A stretch of 59,130 nucleotides of DNA, the filler included, from Sphacelaria rigidula (Eukaryota): NCBI GenBank assembly GCA_964200075.2. It is 8 parts of 8 records of this genome, joined end to end, with 100 filler letters (N's around TTAATTAATTAA, not from the genome) between each part and the next. Parts side by side here need not be neighbours in the genome. Positions count along the whole stretch, not along the records: positions 1 to 7,305 come from CAXNAA020015527.1; positions 7,406 to 14,709 come from CAXNAA020015528.1; 6 more parts are not named here. One strand, given 5' to 3'. Position numbers and translations under genes: made by a program. Positions 1 to 11,914 of this stretch are shown one piece after another. A model generated the notes under the pieces. It was not told the DNA's origin, did not search any database, and saw only the letters and a list, made by a program, of their open reading frames with translations. How positions within the stretch are numbered: the first letter of the stretch is position 1; every line of letters begins with the position of its first letter.

Positions 1-1761
1 CGTGAGGTGGGGAGTAGAGTACCATGTGTAACCCCCGGTGCATGGGGTTTTGAGGGTATTTGTCAGTATCGAGCACCGCAGGTCATCCGCGGGGAATGGA
101 CCGTCGAGTATTCCGAGTGTCGCAAGATATACCTGAGGTGCCGACTGGGAAAGGTGGTGAGTACTTGAGGATACGTGGAGTACAGACACCCCGCACGAGT
201 ACCGCACCCTACGTAGCAGCTCCTGCAATACGCAGTATACTCCAGAGATGAGAGCTTCAATATTTGCCTTCCGGTGGGCGTGCCGTCCCCCTCCCCCCCC
301 CCCATCTTTCCCTCATCCTTTGCTACACTGTGGATTGTTCAACAGTAGCTTGGTGGATGTCTTGTGTCCTTCGTACTCTTAATTTGTGCTGCTGCTACGG
401 CTCTGTATCTCTTTTGCATCGAGGTTTTCACATTCCTTGCATTTTTTGCGTTCTTGTAAACGTTTGCCGCGTCATTCCCGAAATATTCCTCTGCGAAATG
501 AAGCGTCGTTTATTCCAAAGAAACTTGACGTTCGCGCCATCGATGTACGGTGCTGTTCCCACTCGATTCGCGACCTGGAGAGTTCACAAAAAAACACTCG
601 GGCATTCAAGAACGACAAGCGCTCCGTTGCGTGAACATTATCAGTCAAATAGCTCTTGAACCTCGAACAGAGCCCAGCGAGGGTTTTGCACGACTCGTTT
701 CCATCACCGCCTTGAAGCAGATGCTCGATTTATTGTTTTTTTCAACCTTTTCCGAGGCAACAGCAGCAGTCGCCCTTCGAATAGTTGAAGACACACCCCT
801 GGTACCATGAGATGTACTTTCGAAGTGTTGATTTTGCGACAGCAGCAGTCACCCTTCGAAAGGTTAGAGGCACAGCCCCGGTGTACCATGGGATACACTT
901 TCGACGTATTGAGTTCACGTTGATACATCGGGATGTAGATCACGATGATTTTTATTTGTATAAACTGTCTATACTTCCATCTCTTTTAGGAAAACTTTAC
1001 GCCGACGTGTTTTCATAGTCGAGAAGCCTGCCTTATTTCGCGTATGTGTGCTGACATAATATTTTCAAGCAACAGTTTGCTCTGTACTGCACCCAAGTGT
1101 TTTCGCTTCGCCTCTTGCATGCATTTTGGCTGGCATGCGCCGAACCGACCATGGACATTTGCAACACCTATAGTGAAAAAAAGCTGTTGCGTTGACGGGG
1201 TGGGATCTTGAGACATCGTCAAGTGCTGCCCTGTAACCCGAAAGTTTGACATACATGTATCTCAAGCAATCGAAGACGGAGCGTACCGTAGCCGTGCCTG
1301 CCTACCGACTGACCCAATGACGTAAAATACTTGCGCGAGGCATGAGCTAGTGTCGGCGGGTCGTCAGTGTCTGTGCGTAGCCCGCATGCCTCAGTGTGGG
1401 GGTGCCTGGCAACCATGGAACGGTGACTGACCGGAAGACGCTAGCAGTGGATCAGCCGATGAGTGCAAACTGCTTATGAGAACTGAGGGTCGCTTGTATA
1501 CATGGCAGATGGCGTACTAGGGTAGGAGAAACAAACAGTAGGAGTGTTTCAATCAAGCCACATGAGGTGGGGAGTAGAGTACCATGTGTAACCCCCCGTG
1601 CATGGGGTTTTGAGGGTATTTGTCAGTATCGAGCACCGGAGGCGATCCGCGGGGAATGTACCGTCGAGTATTCCGAGTGTCGCAAGATACACCTGAGGTG
1701 CCGACTGGCGAAAGTAGTGAGTACTTGAGGATACGTGGAGTACAGATACCCCGCACGAGTA

Positions 1762-2826
1762 CAGGCTGGGCCGCTTGAGAAGCGGACTTTTCTTCAGCCG
1801 GTTCCAAGTGACGACCTATCGCGAGTTGTGCCTATTATGTCGCATGGTGTCAATCTTCAAATCAATGCGCGTGTCTCACTTCACATAGCTCTGCGTTCTG
1901 ACAAGTTTCCATCAAACAAAATACCAAACTTGTAGTCAGCTGCGAAGTGTAGAGAGTTGAGGGTGGCATGTGCGGCGGAATTGGGATAATAAATGGCAGA
2001 AATCGGGTTATAGTCGGTTGTGCCGTGACCGCACTGTGATGGTGCTGCATTAGTTGTGGTTGTACAACGACGCATGTCGTACTGTAGGCGCGCAGTGTCT
2101 GAGATGGCACGCAGACGAGACCTCCAACGCGGCAAGGCGTCTGGTAGTACTGTACGAAGCGGTGAGCAGTGTGTGAAGGAAGCTGGGAAAAAGCGTCAAG
2201 GTTCCGGCTGAGGTTGTTGTACTGTAGAACCGCGTGAACCGGTTCTTGACAGAAGAAAGCGATTTCACCGCTCAATTCCAAGGCAATCTACATGAATTTT
2301 TGAGACGATGTACATAAGGTATGTGTGAAGCCCCTACCGTTTCTCCCTCATTTTTCCGTCCCCTCGTGAGTTGTTGGTGATCTACATTTCGGAAAAAAAT
2401 GCTGGTAAAAAAGCGATAACTCATTGCAAAAAAAGTCAAGGATGGACAACAGGGACTTGACAACATACCTCATACACATCGTGTCTGGATTTCGTGGAAA
2501 AATACTTGAAATTGGAACAGCATAACCGCGTCTCTTTTTTTCGTGGCTGTAACATAGAAACTGGTCCCCGACACGAACACGCAATTATGTTCGATGCGAT
2601 GTACAGGACGTATGTGCCAAGACTTCATCTTCTGCCCCGTACTTTTTTACGTGGGTTATCGGTGACCAAAGATCTCAGAACAGTATTTTTTGTGAACAAA
2701 AACGTGAATGGAGTCTTCGAACATACGTCATGTACACCGTGTCAATTTTTCATTAAAAACGACCCAAAATTGAGCCGCGTCATCGCGTGTTCACATCCCT
2801 GTCCGCGTCTTGGGCGGCCTGGCCTG
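1762..2826. mobile_element. Non-autonomous TIR DNA transposon with TA target duplication (Tc1/mariner-like), copy in array unit 2
   Basis: TA|CAGGCTGGGCCGCTTGAGA ... TCTTGGGCGGCCTGGCCTG|TA. Unit 1 has the empty site with a single TA at 200-201. Superfamily assignment is inferred from the TA TSD and CAG ends. Confidence 0.8.
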
Positions 2827-4208
2827 TACTGCACGCTACCGAAGCAGCTCTTGCAATACGCAGTATACTCCAGAGGAGATGAGAGCTTGAACATTTTACT
2901 TACAGTTGGCGTACCGTCCCCTGCCCGCTCTCTCCCTGATCCTCTGCTGCACCATGGCTTGGCGGATGTCTTGCGTCGTTCTTGTTGTTTATTTGTGCTG
3001 CTGCTACAGCTCTTTATCTTTTCTGCATCGAGTTTCGCCATTTTCCTTGCATTTTTCGCGTTGTTGCAAACGTTTGCCGCGTTATTCCCCGAATACTCCT
3101 CTGCGAAATGAAGCGTCGTATATTCCAAAGATCCTTCACCTTCGCGCAATCGACGTACGGTGCTGTCCCCACTCGATTCGCGACGTGGAGAGTTGAAAGA
3201 AAACACCCGGGCGTTCAAGAACGACAAGCGCTCCGTTGCGTGAAAATTATCAGCCAAATAGCTCTTGAACCTCGAACAGAGCCCAGTGGAGGTTTTGTAC
3301 GACTCGTTTCCATGACCCCTTTGGAGCAGATGTTCGATTTTTGTTTTTTCAACTTTTTTCAAGGCGACAGCAGCAGTCGCCCTTCGAATGGTTGAACATA
3401 CATCCCTGGTACCGTGAAATACACCTTTCAAGTATTGATTTTGCGACGGCAGCAGTCACCCTTCGGGAAAGTTAGAGGCACAACCCTGGTATACCATGAA
3501 ACATACTTCTGAAGCGTCGATTTGACGTTGATACAAAGACGTGCATATCACATTGGTCTTTGTCCGTATAAACGATATATACTTTCATCTCTTTTGGACA
3601 TTTGCAACACCTATAGTGAAAAAAAGCTGTTGCGTTGGCGGGGTGGGATCTTGAGACATCGTCAAGTGCTGCCCTGTCAACCGAAGGTTTGACATACATG
3701 TATCTCAAGCAATCGAAGACGGAGCGTACCGTAGCCGTGCCTGCCTACCGATTGACCCAATGACGTAAAATACTTGCGCGAGGCGATGAGCTAGTGTCGG
3801 CGGGTCGTCAGTGTCTGTGCGTAGCCCGCATGCCTCAGTGTGGGGGTGCCTGGCAACCACAGAACGGTGACTGACCGGAAGACGCTAGCGGTGGATCAGC
3901 CGATGAGTGCAAAACTGCTTATGAGAACTGAGGGTCGCTTGTATACATGGCAGATGGCGTACCAGGGTAGGAGAAACAAACAGTAGGAGTGTTTCAATCA
4001 GGCCACGTGAGGTGGGGAGTAGAGTACCATGTGTAACCCCCCGTGCATGGGGTTTTGAGGGTATTTGTCAGTATCGAGCACCGGAGGCGATCCGCGGGGA
4101 ATGGACCGTCGAGTATTCCGAGTGTCGCAAGATATACCTGAGGTGCCGACTGGCGAAAGGTGGTGAGTACTTGAGGATACTTGGAGTACAGATACCCCCG
4201 CACGAGAA

Positions 4209-5280
4209 CAGGCTGGGTCGCTTGAGAAGCGGACTTTTCTTCAGCCGGTTCCAAGTGACGACCTATCGCGAGTTGTGCCTATTATGTCGCATGGTGTCCA
4301 TCTGCAAATCAATGCGCGTGTCTCACTTCACATAGCTCTGCGTTCTGAGAAGTTTCCATCAAACAAAATACCAAACTTGTAGTCAGCTGCGAAGTGTAGA
4401 GAGTTGAGGGTGGCATGTGCGGCGGAATTGGGGTAACAAATGGCTGAAATCGCGTTTATTGTGATAGCCGGTTGTGCAGCGACCGCGCAGTGATGATGCT
4501 GCATTAGTTGTGGTTGTACAACGACGCATGTCGTACTGCAGAGCGCGCAGTGTCTGAGATGGGATGCGGACGAGACCTCCAACGCGGCAAGGCGTCTGGT
4601 AGTACTGCGGGAACCTGTGAGTGGTGGATGAGTGAAGCTCACAGAAAACGTCAAGGTTCCGGCTGAGGTTATTGTACACTGAAAGCATGTGAACCGGTTC
4701 ACGACAGAAGAACGTGATTCCACCGCTCAATTTCGAGTCATTTTACATGAATTTTTGAGACGATGTACATGAGGTGCGTGTGAAGCCCCCACCGTTTCCC
4801 CGTCGTTTCTTCGTCCCCTCGCGAGTTGTTGGTGACGTGCGTTTGGGAACGATTTTTCTTGGTACAAAAGCGACGACAAGTCATTGCGAAAAAAAGCCAG
4901 GGGTAGACGATAGGGACTTGACAACATACCTCATACACATCGTGTCTCGATTTCGTGGAAAAATACCTGAATTGGAACAGCATAACCGCGTCTCATTTTT
5001 TCGTGGCTGATCCATCGTAACATGGAAACCGGTCTTCGACATGAACACGCGATTATGCAGCCCGATTTGAGACGGTTCCTATGAAATCATGATACGATGT
5101 ACAGAACGTATGTGCGAAGACTCCATCTCGGCGACCAAACATGTCAGAACAGTTGTTCGGAACGGACTCTTCCTATATATGTCCTGTACACCGTTTCAAA
5201 ATGTCATAGAGAACGACTCAAAATTGAGCTGCATAATCGCGTGTTCACATCCCTGTCCGCGTCTTGGGCGGCCCAGCCTG
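4209..5280. mobile_element. Second copy of the TA-flanked TIR element, in array unit 3
   Basis: AA|CAGGCTGGGTCGCTTGAGA ... TCTTGGGCGGCCCAGCCTG|TA, colinear with 1762-2826. Confidence 0.8.
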
Positions 5281-6816
5281 TACTGCTTCTTACCGTTTGC
5301 AGCTCTTTTAATACGCAGTATACTCTAGAGGAGAGATTCAATATTTGCCTTCCAGTGGGCGTGCCCCCCTCCTCCCCCTCTCTCCCTCTCCTTCATCCTC
5401 TGCTGCACCATGGATTGCGTGAAATTTAACATAGTTTGCCGGACATCTTGTGTCGTTTTCTCTGTTGATTTGTGCTGCTGCTACGGCTCTGTATCTTTAC
5501 TGCATCAAGGGTTCCCATTTTCCTTGCATTTTTTGCGTCTTTGCAAAAGTGTGCCTCGTCATTTTCGATATATTCCTCTGCATAATGAGCGTCGTATATT
5601 CCAAAGATGCTTCACCGTCGCGCCATCGATGCACGGTGCTATCCTCGCTCGATTTGAGACGTGGGGAGTTTGAAACAATTCACCAGGGCGTTTAGGAGCG
5701 ATAAGCGCTCCGTTGCGTGAAAACGATCAGTGTCGAATAGCTCTTGAATCTCGAACAGAGCCCAGCGAGGGTTTTGTACGACTCGTTTCCATCACCGCCT
5801 TGAAGCAGATGTTCGATTTCTTGTTTTTTCAACCTTTCCCGAGGCAACAGCAGCAGTCGCCCTTCGAATGGTTGAAGACACATCCATGGTATACTATGAA
5901 ACATACTTTTGAAATATCGAGTTTACGTTGATACATAGAAGTGCATATCACAATGGTCTTGATCCGTTTCAACGATCTATACTCTCATCTAAAATCGGGA
6001 CAACTTCATGCCGACGCTTTTTTATACGGAAAGCTTGCCTTATTTCGCGTATGTGTGCTGACAGAATATTTTCAAGCAACAGGTTGCTCTGTACTACACC
6101 CAAGTGTTTTCGCTTGGCCTCGTGCATGTATTTTGGCTGGCATGCGCCGAACCGACCATGGACATGTGCAACACCTATAGTGAAAAAAAGCTGTTGCGTT
6201 GACGGAGTGGGATCTTGCGACATCGCCAAGTGCTGCCCTGTAACCCGAAAGTTTGACATACATGTATATTTCAAACAATTGCAGACAGAGCATACCGTAG
6301 CTGTGCCTGCCTACCGATTGACCCAATGACGTAAAATACTTGCGCGAGGCATGAGCTAGTGTCGGCGGGTCGTCAGTGTCTGTGCGTAGCCCGCATGCCT
6401 CAGTGTGGGGGTGCCTGGCAACCACAGAACGGTGACTGACCGGAAGACGCTAGCAGTGGATCAGCCGATGAGTGCAGACTGCTTATGAGAACTGAGGGTC
6501 GCTTGTATACATGGCAGATGGCGTACCAGGGTAGGAGAAACAAACGGTAGGAGTGTTTCAATCAAGCCACGTGAGGTGGGGAGTAGAGTACCATTTATAG
6601 CCCCCCGTGCATGGGGTTTTGAGGGTATTTGTCAGTATCGAGCACCGCAGGTCATACGCGGGGAATGTACCGTCGAGTATTCCGAGTGTCGCAAGATATA
6701 CCTGAGGTGCCGACTGGGAAAGGTGGTGAGTACTTGAGGATACCTGGAGTACAGATACCCCGCACGAGAACAGGCTGGGCCGCTTGAGAAGCGGACTTTT
6801 CTTCAGCCGGTACTCA

Positions 6817-7220
6817 CTGACGCTGTAAAATACGTCTGTCATCGCGTAAGCGTGGCAACCAGGTTGCCGTTTTTGTGCGATCACCAATGCGGTGGTCGAG
6901 TCAGATCATATTGTGTGGAGCTGAAGAAATGATGAGGCACTCATGAGGCTGTTTAAACGGCGACTCTCGCTGGAAGAGGCGATACCAGAAAAACGAAGCA
7001 ACCCATTCGAAGCTTTATTCATTTGTAAGATCATATGTACGCTTCCGGCTGAACAATTACAGCAGGACGCAAGTCACCCCTCATGCGACTCGCCGAACAC
7101 ATGACGACGGTTCGCGCTTGGTGATCGCAATTCTGGCCTGGCCAAAACCCGGCATGATGCGTCCCGACTTTGCAGGGGTGCGAGTCTCGTGACTACGGCA
7201 TGCAATTTCACGAGTATACT

Positions 7221-7250
<30 letters not shown>
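6817..7250 (-). mobile_element. Terminal region of an unclassified dispersed element ending in a G-run followed by TACTCRT (family A)
   Basis: Aligns with about 10478-10973 and, inverted, with 7406-7571. Shared core is CGACTCGCCGAACA(CATGACG). Ends GAGTATACTT-poly C. Confidence 0.7.
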
Positions 7251-7253
<3 letters not shown>

Positions 7254-7305
7254 TCCCCCCTCGCTCGCCCCGACCTGCCCGCCCTGTAATCCGTCGTTGC
7301 CCCCC

Positions 7306-7405
7306 NNNNNNNNNNNNNNNNNNNNNNNNNNNNNNNNNNNNNNNNNNNNTTAATTAATTAANNNNNNNNNNNNNNNNNNNNNNNNNNNNNNNNNNNNNNN
7401 NNNNN
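7306..7405. other. Artificial contig spacer
   Basis: 44 N + TTAATTAATTAA (stop codons in all six frames) + 44 N. Confidence 0.99.
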
Positions 7406-7571
7406 TGTTCGGCGAGTCGCATGAAGGGTGAGCTGCATCCTGCTAAGATTGTTGGGCCCTAAGCCCACTGATTATCTTGCATACGGATGACAGCCTCCAA
7501 TGAGTTGCCTTACTTTGTGGTATCGCCTCTTCCAGAGACAGCCACGGCCTTCACACTGACTCATGAGTGTC
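7406..7571 (+). mobile_element. Fragment of dispersed family A
   Basis: Reverse complement of about 10662-10832. Confidence 0.75.
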
Positions 7572-7577
7572 TAACCA

Positions 7578-7656
7578 GGGGGGGGGGCGTTCTCATTTGT
7601 TGCTTTCCTTAGTCGTTTGACCATTGACCACGCATCCCTTTCGAAACGGAGCACCG
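7578..7656 (+). repeat. G-run-headed short dispersed element (family B)
   Basis: CTCATTTGTTGCTT.CCTTAGTCGTTTGACCATTGA recurs at about 34261, 51690 and 51828, with an error-rich inverted copy at about 29650-29685. Confidence 0.85.
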
Positions 7657-7769
7657 CGGGGGAGGGGGGGGGGGGTTACAGTTCCAAGCGATTGCCCGGC
7701 GTAGGTATAGTGTGCGCGGCACAGCACGCGTTTGATGGAGCTCAAATTGGCGTCTCAACTGAAGAAAAG

Positions 7770-7862
7770 AAGCACACATCGCCTAACCTACAGTAAAGCA
7801 CCGTATGCACCCCTCTTGCCCGAGGGTTCTTCACCATGTGCCTTGGGTCAGGGTTAGGGTTA
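7770..7862 (+). repeat. Degenerate copy of the telomeric-repeat-tailed element
   Basis: CCTCTTGCCCGAGG...GCCTTGGGTCAGGGTTAGGGTTA is the reverse complement of about 13391-13470. Confidence 0.7.
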
Positions 7863-8489
7863 TTTAAAAAAGGTATCAACCATGGAAAGTCCATGGTCTC
7901 AAGGGCTCAACCCATCACTCTCCCTCGGTATGATTTCATTTTGATTTGGACCACCGGGGCGTGGCAAGTGAAAACGAAATATATGTGTGTGTGTTTTTTG
8001 CGTGACGTTGGTCTACCATTTTTTATTTTATTTTTTCATTGTGTTCATGTGGTCCATATTTATTTATTTGTTTCCTCTTTCTCTTTCTCTTTGAAAAGTT
8101 CTGTATAATGGGTGTTATCTGTGCTTTGAGCGTACGGCGAGTATGTAGGTTTATCTTACTGTATTGATCCCCGGTCGAACTTCTAGCAGATCAGTTCGTG
8201 AGTATGCATTATTCAAAATCAAAACGATTTTTGATATTTAATATTTGCGTGATTGATTCACACGTCGGACGGATCATTTTCTATAGGATGTGCGGCATAC
8301 AGCTCAAGTGTAAACACACCTGTGTACCCGATTCGGGTGATACAGTTCAACTAGTTGTGGAACGGTGCTCGTGATCCGAATATCATCGATCAGGAGGGAG
8401 GTATCTTGAACGGGTTATAAAGATACACAGGTTTTTGTTGACGTTTCGTGTACACCTGATTCGGGTTACGTAGGTGTGCCCAAGGAGAT

Positions 8490-8650
8490 GATGTACGGAT
8501 ACTCGGGTCATACAGATCATCAGCAGACATATATGTACGAATCACACGGGTCATACAGATCATCATCAGACATTTATGTAAGAATCGCATGGGTAGTACA
8601 GGTCATCAGATAGATATGTACGAATCGCACGGGTCATACACGTCATCGGA
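8490..8650. repeat. Degenerate minisatellite, unit about 41 bp
   Basis: About four GGGTCATACAGATCATCAGCAGACAT.TATGTACGAATC.CAC-like units. Confidence 0.75.
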
Positions 8651-8670
8651 CTGGCCCCAATAAATATACG

Positions 8671-9105
8671 TACTACAGCCAACATACGGACTTGTGAACA
8701 TGCACATTGTACCAGGGCCATATCGGTTGGTAGGTTGACTACTGTTTATTCTATACTTTATTCTGATGCGCCGACAGTGCACATCTTCTGAAAATATATG
8801 CAGCCCCACCGTGGAACTGCTCGGAATAAAATAGACGTACTTCATGTTCCATATGCCCGGGTTACTACCGCCAACATACGGACTTGTGAACATGCACATT
8901 GTACCGGGGCCATACGGGTTGGCCGGTTGACTACTGTTTATTCTACACTTCATTCGGATGCGCCGACAGTGAACATCTTCCGAAAAAATATGCAGCCCTA
9001 CCGTGGAACCACTCGGAATAAAATAGACGTACTTCATGTTCCATATGCCGGGTTGCTACAGCCAACATACGGACTTGTGAACATGCACATTATACCAGGG
9101 CCATA
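8671..9105. repeat. Tandem repeat, unit about 192 bp, about 2.3 copies
   Basis: CCAACATACGGACTTGTGAACATGCACATT at 8679, 8871 and 9062. Confidence 0.92.
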
Positions 9106-9142
9106 CAGGCTGGCCCAGCCTAGAAGCGGATTTGTAGTTTGC

Positions 9143-9367
9143 AGGCGAATTCGAACTTTTTTACTCAGAGTTGGACAGTGAAATTTGGTATGGAAAATCA
9201 ACAGGGCATGCGGAAAAGCTGTCTGTGGGTCCCGAAGTTTTTTTTTTCCCCATCAGTTAAGGGCATTTTACTAAAACTCACAGGCAGCTTTTCTTCATGC
9301 CCTGTTTGTTGATTGTCCATACCAAATTTCACTGTCCAACTCTGAGCAAAAAGTTGCGAATTCGCCT
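9143..9367. repeat. Inverted repeat with arms of about 90 bp and a loop of about 45 bp
   Basis: 9143-9230 (AGGCGAATTCGAACTTT...CTCAGAGTTGGACAGTGAAATTTGGTATGGA...GTGGGT) pairs with 9276-9367. Confidence 0.9.
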
Positions 9368-10477
9368 TTTCAAAACCGGGCCGGCAAAAAATCGGAACAG
9401 TATTTTGCAGACCGTTTATCAGCCCACGTTTGGTGTTTGTGTATTGAAACTTTGTGCGGGACCTCGCTAGGTCATGATGAACCAAGGAAAATGAATAGTT
9501 TTTTTTCTTTTCGCTGGTTTAGGGCGTTTTAGTGCACCGACCACTTTTTTACGATAACGCCCGAACGTCTCTTCCCCCCCAAAAGATAATGAAGGCCGAT
9601 TTTTTTATTCGGCATACCTCTGTTGTTCTCCATGCTAAGTTTCAAATCATCACTTCAAAAATTGAGCCTCAAAATTGAGATGAGGCCCAAGAGCAATGTT
9701 CATTTCTCCTCAAAACTCCCCTAGAAACACGAAAAAAAAAGTGTTTTATTTATATTTTTTATATCATGATGCACTAGTGGTTCTTCATACCAAATTTCGC
9801 AGCACGACTCTCAGAACTAAGACGCGATATCCAGATTTGGGGCATCTAGTGCCTCTGCTCGTAATATAATGATTTTAGTATGGAAACTTATGTGCGCGAT
9901 ATCTCGAGATAGATTACGAATTGGGTGAAGATCATGTATCTATCGTCTCCCCGTGCTCCAGGGAATGTCCACACCAAAAAACGTCATCATCCGCTGAACG
10001 CATCGTTCAGAGTTTCATATAGATTCTAGTGTGGGCGCCACCTCCGTACGGTATAGGAATCACTAGACATGTTTTGTTTTCAACGAGAAAAAATTGGCCC
10101 AGATTTTTGAGCAGATGGGCACCTTCCCCTTGATTACACGATCAGTTGTACACGTAAGTATGTGTTCGGAGCGGGTCGTACAGCTCGGCAAACATGTACG
10201 GGTCAAGCGGGTCCTACGGATCAGCATCGGACAAACGTGTACGGGTGACAGCTCACTTCGGACGGATCATCATCTATGCCCCAAATGAACTGACCCGGAT
10301 CTGTCACGAGCTGATCCTTCCGAAGTGTGGATTGATTGGTTGATCCGGAGTTCAGGTTTTGTGCGGCGGTGTTTTGATCTCCCCCCCACTCCGTCAGCCT
10401 GGTCCGGCGAGAACCCGGCGTGCTCCGTCTCGGCTTTGTAGAGGCGAACACCCGATGGGGTTGGCGTCGGTTGACGA

Positions 10478-10973
10478 TGACGCTGTAAAACACGCCACTC
10501 ACTGCGTAAGCTAGGCAACCAGGTTACCGATTTTGTTTTGCGCGCTCGCGTTTTTTTTTTGCGGTAACCATGATAGTGATCGAGGTACATGATATTGTGC
10601 GGCGTGAGAGCCTCAACTCCGCGCAAGATTGTCGTACTACGTCGTGTTTGAAGAATGATAAGACACCCATGAGGCAGTGTGGAAGCTGTGGCTGTCTCTG
10701 GAACTGGCGATACCAGAAAATTAAGCAACTCATTGTAGGCTGCCATACAAGTGCAAGATAACCAGTTCCCTTCGGGCCGAACAATCTCAGCAGGATGCAG
10801 CTCACCCTTCACTTCATGCGACTCGCCGAACACATGACGGCGCTTCGGGCTTCGTGATTGATTGCGAGCCCCGGTCCGGCGAAAACCCGGCGTGGCCTTC
10901 CCCGACTTTGTAGGGATGAGAGGTCAGTGGTCATATATATGGCTATGGCATGCAAGGTCATGAGTACCCCCCC
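10478..10973 (-). mobile_element. Copy of dispersed family A with terminus GGGGGGGTACTCATG
   Basis: Colinear with 6817-7250. Confidence 0.7.
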
Positions 10974-11102
10974 TCTCCTCCCTTTCTTTCGTTAGCGAAT
11001 ACGATGTATTCATTCTCCACCTCTTCTTCCGCGACGGCGGATTGGCTGTTGAGCGAACATGTCCAATGATGACAAGAGCCTTTTTTTTTTTTCCTTAGTC
11101 AA

Positions 11103-11249
11103 GAAGTAGTTCTACGTCAGGGGTGCACATTTTGTTTGCGGCTCTACACTTGAGGAGCCTGTCGATGACAAACAGCTGGACTCGAGTGTGCAGCCTCAGA
11201 AAACTTTAGGACTAAAACTTTAAATTGCACCGCTATCGTAGAACCACTC
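11103..11249. mobile_element. Short Sola-like MITE, degenerate
   Basis: AGTAGTTCTACG..GGGGTGCAC ... TGCACCGCTATCGTAGAACCACTC; similar to 12226-12395. Confidence 0.65.
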
Positions 11250-11541
11250 CACAATTTTTCAACCCCTCCCCTTCCTTGGGGACGAGTCTGTGGTCTCGCG
11301 GGGATCAACCCATATCTCCCCCGGTACACGCTTCCTTACAGTCTGGTATCGCATATTGGATCATGACCAACACTCCCGCATCGCGTCGACTGTCGTATAA
11401 TAAACTCAGCCTAATATAACGTACTTTTTTTTTTGCTTCTTTTTTCGCCATTTTGTTTTTGCTACCTACTCACATCCCCTCATCCTCAACACAACCGGGA
11501 TTAATCACATGTTTCTGAAAAAAGAGCCAAGGTAGAAGTAC

Positions 11542-11620
11542 GTATCTGGTAGAAATCGAACCCACGTTTGTTTTTCCCGGCCTAATGGTCTCAAGTTTGT
11601 ACCATTACACCGTCGGGGCG
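11542..11620 (-). mobile_element. tRNA-derived SINE head or tRNA-like relic
   Basis: Minus strand reads CGCCCCGACGGTGTAATGGT (A-box-like) ... GGTTCGATTTC (B-box-like); no clean cloverleaf. Confidence 0.65.
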
Positions 11621-11707
11621 CGGCGGAAACCGCATATGTGGTGGCACTTACTATTTTTTTTGTATGTGTGTTGTGTGTGTTGTCGTCCCATTTATTCTGG
11701 GCACCAG

Positions 11708-11767
11708 TCTACATTGGCGTATTTCATGTCGAGTGTGACCGTGTGCGCCGGTGGCGTGAAGGCGAGT
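11708..11767 (+). CDS. Putative internal exon of an unidentified gene (STLAYFMSSVTVCAGGVKAS)
   Basis: CAG acceptor, GTAAGT donor, 60 bp open; no recognisable homology. Confidence 0.3.
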
Positions 11768-11914
11768 GTAAGTCTGAGACAACTAACTGTGATGAGCGTA
11801 CAGCGAGTTCGACAGGAGATATCATGGGCGAGTCTTTCTACGATACACATTTCGGCATATGTGGGCGCATCAGCCGGGGTCACACAGGAGGAAGGTCGAC
11901 ACAGGAGCTTTTAC

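Larger units (their letters stand above)
1..6810. repeat. Head-to-tail macrosatellite: units 1-1560, 1561-4005, 4006-6569, partial 6570-6810
   Basis: The marker C(G/A)TGAGGTGGGGAGTAGAGTACCAT recurs at 1, 1561, 4006 and 6570. Internal segments are colinear, and the same junk peptides recur in the ORF track. Confidence 0.95.

Noticed and set aside
1..6810. Protein genes or snRNA/5S genes in the tandem array
   Set aside because: ORFs are broken differently in each unit, and no U1, U2, U6 or 5S signature was recognised
7350..7361. TTAATTAATTAA as a biological motif
   Set aside because: Part of the identical artificial spacer present at all seven joins
8606..9181. ORFs with a 64-aa repeat
   Set aside because: A by-product of a 192-bp DNA repeat; the next period is 191 bp and breaks the frame
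10270..10833. 187-aa ORF with a Ulp1/SENP-like WL..CM..Y..LL motif
   Set aside because: The homologous copy at 7406-7571 has TAA and TGA in this frame, substitutions are not concentrated at third positions, and no catalytic His/Cys motifs are seen
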